A DNA stretch of 32,000 bases, from positions 270,001-302,000 of the forward strand of contig NZ_CP008796.1 of the NCBI RefSeq assembly GCF_000734015.1. The letters run 5' to 3'. Below are positions 15,353 through 22,778 of this stretch, piece by piece. The DNA is from Thermodesulfobacterium commune DSM 2178. GTDB taxonomy: Bacteria; Desulfobacterota; Thermodesulfobacteria; Thermodesulfobacteriales; Thermodesulfobacteriaceae. Below the pieces are notes generated by a model that had not been told where the DNA came from, did not search any database, and saw nothing but the letters and a program-made list of their open reading frames with translations. Numbering within the stretch: position 1 is the stretch's first letter; the number at the start of each line of letters is the position of its first letter. Both the position numbers and the translations under genes were made by a program.

Positions 15353-16389
15353 AAATAGGTATCTTTGAAATCGAAAGAGACTGGGAAAAGCAAGTTTATT
15401 TAGAAACTTTAAGACAAAACTTAGGAGAATCATTAGGCAATTTAGAGCTTGTTTTCACTTCAGAACCTTTGGATAGTTTTACGGTTAATGCCTACTCAGA
15501 TCTAAATGTGGCTGTGATTTACATTAATTCTTTGGTTACCGAAAAAGTGTTAGATCAACTTCCTAACTTAAAACTTATCATCACAAGAACTACAGGCACA
15601 GACCATATAGATATCTTAGCCTGTCAAAAAAGAGGAGTAGCAGTAGCTAATTCTCCTTACTTTGCTTTTACCACCGTAGCAGAACATACTATTGGTCTTA
15701 TTTTTACTTTGGCAAAAAGAATTGCTACGGCCATCTCAAAGGTTAAAAACTTAAATTTTTCAAGAGAAGGACTTTTAGGGTTTGACTTATTTGGTAAAAC
15801 CATAGGGATTATAGGCACAGGTAACATAGGTAAAGAAGTTGCAAGGATAGCTTACGGAATAGGTATGAAAATTTTAGCCCATGACATAAAGCCTGACCTT
15901 CAGTTAAAAGAAAAATTTGAGGTAAGTTATGTCTCTTTAGAGGAGTTGTTAAAACATTCTGATGTAATAGTAGTTATGGTTCCATATTATTCTAAGACTC
16001 ATCATATGATAAACCTTGAGAATATAAAGTTAGTAAAAGATGAAGCTATGTTAATTAATACCGCCCGTGGGCCTATAGTAGATACAGAAGCGTTAATATG
16101 GGCTTTACAAAATCGAAAACTACAAGGAGGAATTGCTCTTGATGTATTTGAAGGAGAAAGGGTATTACTTGAAATGGAAAAAATTTTAGAGAATAGATTT
16201 TCACCTCAAGATTATGAAAAAGCTTTAAAAACCCTTCATCTTTTGAGTTATCCTAATGTTATTTTTACCCCTCATACCGCACATTATACCAAAGATGCTC
16301 TACAAAGAAACATAAATTGGGTAGCAGAAACCATAACTCAATTTGTGAAAAATAAATGCCTTTTAACCACTTATTCTTTTTATTTTTGA
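15349..16389 (+). CDS. D-isomer-specific 2-hydroxyacid dehydrogenase (NAD-binding)
   Basis: GIIGTGNIGKEVARIA Rossmann motif, INTARGPIVD, and FTPHTAHYT with the catalytic His. The start overlaps the upstream stop (ATGA). Confidence 0.85.
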   Translation: MKIGIFEIERDWEKQVYLETLRQNLGESLGNLELVFTSEPLDSFTVNAYSDLNVAVIYINSLVTEKVLDQLPNLKLIITRTTGTDHIDILACQKRGVAVANSPYFAFTTVAEHTIGLIFTLAKRIATAISKVKNLNFSREGLLGFDLFGKTIGIIGTGNIGKEVARIAYGIGMKILAHDIKPDLQLKEKFEVSYVSLEELLKHSDVIVVMVPYYSKTHHMINLENIKLVKDEAMLINTARGPIVDTEALIWALQNRKLQGGIALDVFEGERVLLEMEKILENRFSPQDYEKALKTLHLLSYPNVIFTPHTAHYTKDALQRNINWVAETITQFVKNKCLLTTYSFYF

Positions 16390-17042
16390 ACTTTCCACTC
16401 AGAAATCAAAAAATCGTCTATCTGAAAAAATTTCTGGATTTTTAGTTTTAATACCTTGGTAAGTGACTTAAACCCTTCTCCACCTACAAAGGTAGGTACG
16501 TTTTCTCCACCTACTATCACTGGGAGGTGAATAATCTTTATTTCATCTACATATCTATTTTTTACAAATTCCCAGTTTATAGAAGAGCCTCCTTCTACCA
16601 TTAGTTTTTTGATCCCTCTTTGATAAAGCTCTGGTAAAAGCAAACCAAAGTCTACCAACTCTTCTCCAGCAATTATAACCTCAGCTCCAAGCTCTTTAAG
16701 TTTTTCGATTTTTTCTTTAGGAGCTCTTTGGGTAGTAGCAATGATGGTAGGAGCATCTTTAGAAAAAATGTTAGCATTATAAGGTACGTTAGCCGTAGAA
16801 CAAGGAATGATTCGCACCGGGTTTTTACCTTCTACATACCTGACAGTTAAACTTGGATCATCTGTTCTTACTGTTTCGCAACCTACCATGATCCCGTCTA
16901 CCTCAGCCCTTATGCTATGTAAATAGCAGTAAACTTCTTTGGTCATCAAACTCATTAGTTCTTTGCTTGAAGCTCCTCTATATAACGTAAGCTTTCCGTC
17001 TATTGTAACCTCAGATACTATTATCACATAAGGTCTATTCAT
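16380..17042 (-). CDS. Stand-alone RibD C-terminal-type reductase, archaeal style (2,5-diamino-6-ribosylamino-pyrimidinone 5'-phosphate reductase-like)
   Basis: PYVIIVSEVTIDGKLTL, IRAEVDGIMVGCETVRTDDPSLTV, NPVRIIP, MVEGGSSINWEF and IHLPVIVGG. It is collinear with my recollection of the Methanocaldococcus MJ0671-type enzyme. No deaminase domain is fused. Confidence 0.7.
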   Translation of the reverse strand: MNRPYVIIVSEVTIDGKLTLYRGASSKELMSLMTKEVYCYLHSIRAEVDGIMVGCETVRTDDPSLTVRYVEGKNPVRIIPCSTANVPYNANIFSKDAPTIIATTQRAPKEKIEKLKELGAEVIIAGEELVDFGLLLPELYQRGIKKLMVEGGSSINWEFVKNRYVDEIKIIHLPVIVGGENVPTFVGGEGFKSLTKVLKLKIQKFFQIDDFLISEWKVQK

Positions 17043-17664
17043 CTTTTATCCCTCTAAAGTTTTGATATAGATATACTAGCCTTGTAATAAAAGAAAATAA
17101 AGTAAAAACAGTAATAAACTTTATGCCAAACTCAAGTCCGATTTCATAAGGGGTAAATTTTTCTAAAAAGGTAAAGATTAAGATGCTTAGATGAGTTTCA
17201 GGACGACCAAAAAAACCAACATTTTCCAAAGGGTCTTGAATTTTACCTTTTATTTTTACCTGATATCCTACTTCAGCATATACCACAGGTTTAAGAAAGG
17301 AGTGAAGCATAGAAGATACTATAGCTAATATCATCCAAAAGGCATCTGTGTAGACATAGGCAATAGTCCCTAAAACTATGCCATCTACCCATTTGTCTGC
17401 TATCCAATCAAAAACTGCTCCAAATTTAGTGGTATTGCCGGAGATTCTTGCTATTTCTCCATCCATAAGGTCTAAAAGACCTGATAAAAGTAACAAAAAG
17501 GCAGCTGTCAATAAATATTCATAATAAAAACAAACACCAGCTATAGTCCCTGATACTAAAGAAAGGGAAGTAACAAAATTAGGCGAAAGATTACCTTTGT
17601 AAAGTAAAAGACTTAAAGGAAAATAAAATCTTTTAAAATAAGCCCGTTTTGAAGTAAGGTTCAT
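17035..17664 (-). CDS. CDP-alcohol phosphatidyltransferase family membrane protein
   Basis: Signature D-x2-D-G-x2-A-R...G-x3-D-x3-D is present in DLMDGEIARISGNTTKFGAVFDWIADKWVD. There are multiple TM helices. The 3' end overlaps the reductase gene by 8 nt. Confidence 0.85.
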   Translation of the reverse strand: MNLTSKRAYFKRFYFPLSLLLYKGNLSPNFVTSLSLVSGTIAGVCFYYEYLLTAAFLLLLSGLLDLMDGEIARISGNTTKFGAVFDWIADKWVDGIVLGTIAYVYTDAFWMILAIVSSMLHSFLKPVVYAEVGYQVKIKGKIQDPLENVGFFGRPETHLSILIFTFLEKFTPYEIGLEFGIKFITVFTLFSFITRLVYLYQNFRGIKDE

Positions 17665-17671
17665 GATTATT

Positions 17672-17699
17672 ATTTTATTAGTATTTGTTTAAAAGTCAA
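17672..17699 (-). promoter_or_regulatory. Near-consensus promoter abutting the CDP-alcohol transferase ATG (leaderless or near-leaderless)
   Basis: On the minus strand: TTGACT (17699-17694), a 16-nt spacer, TAAAAT (17677-17672), then 7 nt (AATAATC) before the ATG at 17664. There is no Shine-Dalgarno sequence. Confidence 0.6.
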
Positions 17700-17893
17700 T
17701 AAAATAACGGCATTTGGAGGCTAAAAAATAGATTGTTCCACCGAGGATAAACTCTTTCTTGAAAAGTTTTACTTTTTCAAAAATTAACATTTTATGTAAA
17801 AATCATGGGGTATTTAAAAAAATGAATAGATGATTTAAAATGTCAGGGTTATTCATGACAGAAAACAAATTTTAAAACAACAGATAAACAATA

Positions 17894-17921
17894 TTGACAA
17901 AACCTGTTTTTAAGATATCTT
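17894..17921 (+). promoter_or_regulatory. Putative rplU-rpmA promoter
   Basis: Perfect TTGACA (17894-17899), a 16-nt spacer, then TATCTT (17916-17921). It lies about 35 nt upstream of the GTG start. Confidence 0.45.
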
Positions 17922-17954
17922 TTAAGGTGAAAAATTCAGGAAGGAGGGATTTTC

Positions 17955-18263
17955 GTGTTTGCCGTGATCAAGACTGGTGGGAAGCAATATGTAGTAAAAC
18001 CTGGTGATAAAATCAAAGTAGAAAAAGTCGAAGCTAATGTAGGAGATACTATAGAAATTAAAGAGGTACTTTTGGTTAGTAAAGAAGGAGAAATAAAACT
18101 GGGAAATCCTTTAGTTGAAGGAGTGAAAGTAATTGCTTCTGTGGTAGAACATTCTAAAGGACCAAAAGTAATAGTCTTTAAGAAAAAACCCAAAAAAGGT
18201 TATAAAAGAAAAAGAGGACATAGACAGCTGATAACTACATTAGAAATTAAGGAAATTTTGTAA
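17955..18263 (+). CDS. rplU: 50S ribosomal protein L21
   Basis: MFAVIKTGGKQYVVKPGD...; GTG start preceded by GGAAGGAGGG. Confidence 0.95.
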   Translation: MFAVIKTGGKQYVVKPGDKIKVEKVEANVGDTIEIKEVLLVSKEGEIKLGNPLVEGVKVIASVVEHSKGPKVIVFKKKPKKGYKRKRGHRQLITTLEIKEIL

Positions 18264-18278
18264 TAGGGGGAAGGATAA

Positions 18279-18533
18279 ATGGCTCATAAGAAGGCAGGAG
18301 GATCTTCAAGAAACGGAAGAGATTCTAACTCTAAACGTTTAGGGGTTAAAAGGTATGGTGGTCAGTTTGTAAAAGCAGGTGAAATTATCGTTAGGCAAAG
18401 AGGTACTAAGGTTCATCCTGGTTTTAACGTGGGTGTTGGCAAAGACTATACTATTTTTGCAAAGATAAGTGGATTTGTTAAGTTTGAAACCAAAAACGGA
18501 AGAAAAGTAGTCAGCGTTTACCCCAGTTTATAG
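18279..18533 (+). CDS. rpmA: 50S ribosomal protein L27
   Basis: [47 protein letters not shown]. Confidence 0.95.
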   Translation: MAHKKAGGSSRNGRDSNSKRLGVKRYGGQFVKAGEIIVRQRGTKVHPGFNVGVGKDYTIFAKISGFVKFETKNGRKVVSVYPSL

Positions 18534-18546
18534 CCAAAAATTTTAA

Positions 18547-18585
18547 GGGTCAGTGCTATTTTTAGTACTGACCTTTCATTTTTAC
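18547..18585 (+). terminator. Rho-independent terminator after rpmA
   Basis: GGTCAGTGCT (18548-18557) pairs with AGTACTGACC (18564-18573), with one G-U pair, and is followed by TTTCATTTTT. Confidence 0.7.
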
Positions 18586-18596
18586 CTGCTTGTTTC

Positions 18597-18624
18597 TTGT
18601 CAATTTTAAAAATTCGTTTAAAAT
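18597..18624 (+). promoter_or_regulatory. Promoter abutting the plsY GTG start (leaderless geometry)
   Basis: TTGTCA (18597-18602), a 16-nt spacer, TAAAAT (18619-18624), then 6 nt before the GTG at 18631. There is no Shine-Dalgarno sequence. Confidence 0.55.
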
Positions 18625-18630
18625 TTCTTT

Positions 18631-19242
18631 GTGGTTTATTTAATTTTTATCTCTATAATAAGTTATATTTTAGGGTCTATTCCTTTTGCCTTAGTGGTCT
18701 GTTTGCCCTTTGGAGTAGACCCAAGAAAAGAAGGCAGTAAAAATCCTGGGGCTACTAACGTTGCCAGACTTTTAGGTAAAAAATGGGGTTTTATAACCTT
18801 TTTAGGAGATGCCTCTAAGGGTGTTTTAGCTCTTTTAATAGCCTCTTTTTTAAGCTCAAAAACACCGTATTCTCAGGAATTAATCCTTTCTTTAGCTGGG
18901 TTTTTTGCTGTATTAGGCCATCTTTTTTCTGTTTTCTTGGGTTTTAAAGGTGGAAAAGGGGTGGCTACTACCATAGGTGTTTTTTTATTTCTTGCACCTA
19001 AAGCGATTTTAGTAAGTTTATTAACCTTTTTAGCTGGTGTAGCTTTGACAGGTTTTGTTTCTGTAGGATCCTTACTCGCAACTTTTTTCTTACCTATAAA
19101 CCTTTTTATTTTTAACTATTCTACCGAATATATAATATGTGCAACCTTTTTAGGTATTTTAATCTGGTATAAGCATAAAGAGAACATAAAAAGGCTTTTA
19201 AGAGGAGAAGAAAAATCTTGGAAAAAAGAAAAACATGGATAA
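18631..19242 (+). CDS. plsY: Glycerol-3-phosphate acyltransferase PlsY
   Basis: YILGSIPFALVV, GSKNPGATNVARLLGKKWG and LGHLFSVFLGFKGGKGVAT are PlsY motifs. The protein is polytopic. Confidence 0.9.
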   Translation: MVYLIFISIISYILGSIPFALVVCLPFGVDPRKEGSKNPGATNVARLLGKKWGFITFLGDASKGVLALLIASFLSSKTPYSQELILSLAGFFAVLGHLFSVFLGFKGGKGVATTIGVFLFLAPKAILVSLLTFLAGVALTGFVSVGSLLATFFLPINLFIFNYSTEYIICATFLGILIWYKHKENIKRLLRGEEKSWKKEKHG

Positions 19243-20653
19243 AGATAAGGTAAAAAAAGAAGGAGTTAATCTGGAAGGGTTTGATTTTAGAGTATCTGAC
19301 GATGAATTGATGTTTTTTTGGGCCGAACCACCTACTGAAGAGAATTCAAAGAAGTTTAAAGAAGCTTGGCCTCAGTTGAAATCAAAACTTATAGAAGAGG
19401 GTATCTTTGGGGTGCTTGAAGAGCCAGAGGTTTTAGATAATAGATTGGTTGTGGCAAAAGGAGTACCTATCACACCTTTTGTACCAGAAAAAATAGAACT
19501 TTTGGAAAAATTTGCTAAGTGTGTCTCTTTTCAAGATGAGCCTGTGGATTTACAGGATAAAGAAGAGAGAAAAGATATACGAGAGATTCATAGAAAAATA
19601 GTGTGTGCCGAAGAAAACGAAGTAATTGGGAAATGGTATCCTCCTATTCCTGGTTTAGATGGGGTTAATGTGTTTGGAGAAACCCTTCAAGCTCCTCAAC
19701 CTTCCTCTCAATCTCAGATCCAGTTAGGAGAAAATTTATTCATAGATGAAGAAAAATTTATTAAAGCTAAACAGGCAGGGGTTTTGGTTTGTCAGCAAAA
19801 TATAATCGATATTTTTCCTGAATATGAAATAAAGGGAGATGTGGATTTTTCTGTAGGAAATATAGATTTTATAGGTAAAAAGTTGATTATCAAAGGAGAT
19901 GTAAAGTTTGGTTTTAAGGTGAAAGCCAAAGGAGACTTAGAAATTTATGGGGGGACAGAAAACAAGGTTTTAATAGAGGTAGAAGGAAATTTGTTGTGTG
20001 ATGGTATCATAAGAGGAGAACAAACTAAGGTTAAAGTTAAAGGTAAGGCAGAGATTAAAGGGGTTGAGCATGCTAAATTAGAAGTTTTGGGAGATTTAGT
20101 AGTAAAAAATTACCTTATTTTTTCGGAAACCTTTGTGTCTGGAAAGATAGAAGCTAATGCAGGTAAAGGGATCATCTATGGAGGGGTAGTTAAAGCTTGT
20201 GATGTGATAGAAGCTAAAATTTTAGGAAATGAAACCCATACTTCTACCAAAATTTTAGCGGGATACCAACCTGAGTTGATAGATGACTATCTGCGAAAGA
20301 TTCAACAATCTATACTTTTAGAAGAGACGCTAAACAAACTTAAAGTGGGCATTGAGTTAGGAGAAAGGCTTAAAAAAGAAAAAAACTTAACCCCAGAAAA
20401 ACAAAAGATTCTTGAAAAGATTCAAAAACAATATGAACTTTATTCTAAAGAGTTAGAAGAGCTTTTACAACAACTAAAAATTATTAAAAAAGAACTTTCT
20501 TTGTATCAGTCTAAGTTTATTAAAGCTCAAGAAAAAGTTTATCCTGGAGTTATGGTAGGGATTGCTGATGTGTTTTATACAGTTGTTGAGGAGATACCTG
20601 GACCGATAATTTTTAGTTTAGAAAATGGTAAGATCAATATCCAGAAAAGTTAA
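19235..20653 (+). CDS. DUF342 / FapA-like protein, paralogue 1 (472 aa)
   Basis: PPIPGLDGVNVFGE motif, a repetitive beta-helix-like core (GDVDFSVGNIDFIGKKLIIKGDVKFGFKVKAKGDLEIYGG...), a coiled coil, and a C-terminal VYPGVMVGIAD. The start overlaps the plsY stop (ATGGATAA). Confidence 0.7.
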   Translation: MDKDKVKKEGVNLEGFDFRVSDDELMFFWAEPPTEENSKKFKEAWPQLKSKLIEEGIFGVLEEPEVLDNRLVVAKGVPITPFVPEKIELLEKFAKCVSFQDEPVDLQDKEERKDIREIHRKIVCAEENEVIGKWYPPIPGLDGVNVFGETLQAPQPSSQSQIQLGENLFIDEEKFIKAKQAGVLVCQQNIIDIFPEYEIKGDVDFSVGNIDFIGKKLIIKGDVKFGFKVKAKGDLEIYGGTENKVLIEVEGNLLCDGIIRGEQTKVKVKGKAEIKGVEHAKLEVLGDLVVKNYLIFSETFVSGKIEANAGKGIIYGGVVKACDVIEAKILGNETHTSTKILAGYQPELIDDYLRKIQQSILLEETLNKLKVGIELGERLKKEKNLTPEKQKILEKIQKQYELYSKELEELLQQLKIIKKELSLYQSKFIKAQEKVYPGVMVGIADVFYTVVEEIPGPIIFSLENGKINIQKS

Positions 20654-20659
20654 AGCAAA

Positions 20660-21421
20660 ATGATAAAAGACTGGGATGAGTTTTCAGAAAGTTTAAGCAT
20701 AGAAATTAAAAAAGAAATAGCTGAAAACTATTTTAGAGAAAAAGTCTATTTAGAAGAAAAATGGAACCTTTTCAAAGAGGAATGCGACCAACTAAAAAAA
20801 TTATATAAGAGAGTGTTTAACAACAGTTGGCGGATTTTTTTTCTACTAAATAAAGATGAGGATTTAATTTCTGCATTTGAAAAAGCTACCGATTTTCCTT
20901 TAAGAGAAGTTTGTATTTTAAGTAAAGAAATTTTTTCTAAAGAATTTACTCAGCCTGAAGAGACTATCAAAAAAAAGCTTTTTTCTAATATAACCTCTTC
21001 ATTTTCTCTAACCACCAAAAGTAAGTTTGTAAAGCTTTTTTTTACTGTGTATAAAAGGTTTAATAGGGTTTTAGAGGAGTATTTATTAAAATTAGAGAAC
21101 CTTAAAAAGTTTTATCAAGAGTTAAAAGAAGAAACCAAAAACTTTTATAAAAAATTTGATTTAAGTTATATTTTAAGTTTTTTTAACAGACTTTCTGGAG
21201 AAGGATTAGAAATTGGTGCTATAGAAGACAAAGAAAAAGTCTGGTCTTCTCTTTCTGAGGCTTTAAAAATAGAGACACCTCCTCCCTTGGATTTAATTTT
21301 TAAAGAATTTAAACCTCTTCCCGAGTTGGGAAAGGTTTATCAACAACTTTCATTACTTGCTAAAAAGGCCTACGAGCTTTATCCTGAAAACGCTAAAGAT
21401 ATCCTTAGGCATGTTTATTAA
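20660..21421 (+). CDS. Hypothetical protein (253 aa), predicted helical, no recognisable domain
   Basis: Long ORF with coding-like composition, 6 nt after paralogue 1. Its 3' end overlaps the preferred tilS start. No motif recognised. Confidence 0.5.
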   Translation: MIKDWDEFSESLSIEIKKEIAENYFREKVYLEEKWNLFKEECDQLKKLYKRVFNNSWRIFFLLNKDEDLISAFEKATDFPLREVCILSKEIFSKEFTQPEETIKKKLFSNITSSFSLTTKSKFVKLFFTVYKRFNRVLEEYLLKLENLKKFYQELKEETKNFYKKFDLSYILSFFNRLSGEGLEIGAIEDKEKVWSSLSEALKIETPPPLDLIFKEFKPLPELGKVYQQLSLLAKKAYELYPENAKDILRHVY

Positions 21422-22778
21422 CACCATTAAACAGGTTATCGAAAAGTTTAAGCTTTTACAAAAGGGAGACCGAGTACTTCTTGGTATCTCTGGTGGGCTT
21501 GATTCTGTAGCGCTTTTAGAGGTTTTTTGTCTCTTAAAAAAGGACTACCAACTTTCTCTTTTTGTGTCTCATTATGACCATAAGATAAGAAAAAATTCCT
21601 ATCAAGATGCGATGTTTGTGTATCAACTTTGCAAACAAAAGGGAATTCCTTTTTTTTATACAGCTTCTCCTGTGCCTCTTTATGCCAAGCGCGAAAAACT
21701 TAGTTTAGAAATGGCAGGAAGAGAATTAAGATACAGATTGTGGTATTTTTTAGCCAAAAAGTATGATTTTCAAAAAGTTGCCCTGGCTCATCATTTAGAC
21801 GACCTGGCAGAAGAAATTTTTTTAAAAATTATAAAAGGTACTGGTAAAAGAGGTCTTGCAGGAATACCTATTAAACGAGAGGACCTTATCATAAGACCTT
21901 TTTTATTTGTAAGTAAAGAAGAGATAAAAAACTTTGCTCAGGAGAGGGGGCTTAGATGGGTTGAAGACCCAACCAACGATGATTTAAGGTTTTTAAGAAA
22001 CCGAGTAAGACATCTTTTAATTCCATACTTAGAACAAACCTTTAACAAAAACATTAAACAAAATCTTAAAAAAGTTGCGTTAATCATAGCAGAAGAAGAG
22101 GAGCTTATCGAAGATCTTGCTAAAGAGCATTATGAAAAATTAAAAGTGTTTGAGGGAAACACACTGCGTTTAAAATTTTATGAACTTAAAAATCTTTCTC
22201 CTACTTTAAGAAAAAGAATATACTTTCTGGTTTTTCAAGAGATAGGTCTACCTTTGTTTAGGATTACTTTTACTCATCTTGAAAGTTTAGAACGTTTGGT
22301 TACCCAGAATATAAAAGGTCCTGTAAGCCTTCCTGGAGACTATATAGCCTATCGTGGTCCAGGTTATTTAGCTTTTTCTAAGAAAAGCTCTGCTCTTCCT
22401 TATTTTGAACTAGAAGTAACGGCAGAGGGGGAATATTTACTTCCAACTCAAGAGATTTTAAAAGTTTATAAGATGAAATCTTTAAAGGAAGTAAAGGAAA
22501 CACCTTTGATGATGTGTTTTTCAGCTGAGAAACTTATTTTTCCTTTTAAAGTGAGAAACAGAAAGCCTGGAGATAGAGTTTTTATTTCTGGATTAGGGCA
22601 TAAAAAGATAAAAAAGTTTTTCCAAGAAAAGGGTGTAGCCCATCATCTTAGAGATCAGGTTTTAATCATAGAACATAAAGGAAAAATCGTAGCTATATGG
22701 AAGATATATGTTGACCCAGAATATAAGATAAGAGAAAATCAAGAGGTATTAGTGTTAGAGGTTCGATCTTTAAAATGA
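21411..22778 (+). CDS. tilS: tRNA(Ile)-lysidine synthetase
   Basis: PP-loop VLLGISGGLDSVALL about 25 aa from the ATG at 21411, LAHHLDDLAE and RPF motifs, and a C-terminal TilS domain (RKPGDRV..G..KK.KKFFQEKGV). The track start at 21357 would add 18 aa overlapping the previous gene. Confidence 0.88.
   Translation: MFINTIKQVIEKFKLLQKGDRVLLGISGGLDSVALLEVFCLLKKDYQLSLFVSHYDHKIRKNSYQDAMFVYQLCKQKGIPFFYTASPVPLYAKREKLSLEMAGRELRYRLWYFLAKKYDFQKVALAHHLDDLAEEIFLKIIKGTGKRGLAGIPIKREDLIIRPFLFVSKEEIKNFAQERGLRWVEDPTNDDLRFLRNRVRHLLIPYLEQTFNKNIKQNLKKVALIIAEEEELIEDLAKEHYEKLKVFEGNTLRLKFYELKNLSPTLRKRIYFLVFQEIGLPLFRITFTHLESLERLVTQNIKGPVSLPGDYIAYRGPGYLAFSKKSSALPYFELEVTAEGEYLLPTQEILKVYKMKSLKEVKETPLMMCFSAEKLIFPFKVRNRKPGDRVFISGLGHKKIKKFFQEKGVAHHLRDQVLIIEHKGKIVAIWKIYVDPEYKIRENQEVLVLEVRSLK

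Noticed and set aside
17700-17893. About 190 bp between the divergent CDP-alcohol transferase and rplU promoters, checked for an L21-leader-like RNA or small ORFs
   Set aside because: I found only weak 5-6 bp A/T stems and 6-11 codon ORFs without an RBS. The predicted rplU leader is only about 30 nt, too short for the known L21 leader structure.
17936-18193. 85-aa minus-strand ORF opposite rplU
   Set aside because: It is the shadow frame of a ribosomal protein gene.
21357-21410. Upstream ATG giving an 18-aa longer TilS
   Set aside because: It would overlap the preceding ORF by 65 nt and add residues before the normal distance to the SGGxDS PP-loop. The ATG at 21411 gives a typical TilS N-terminus.
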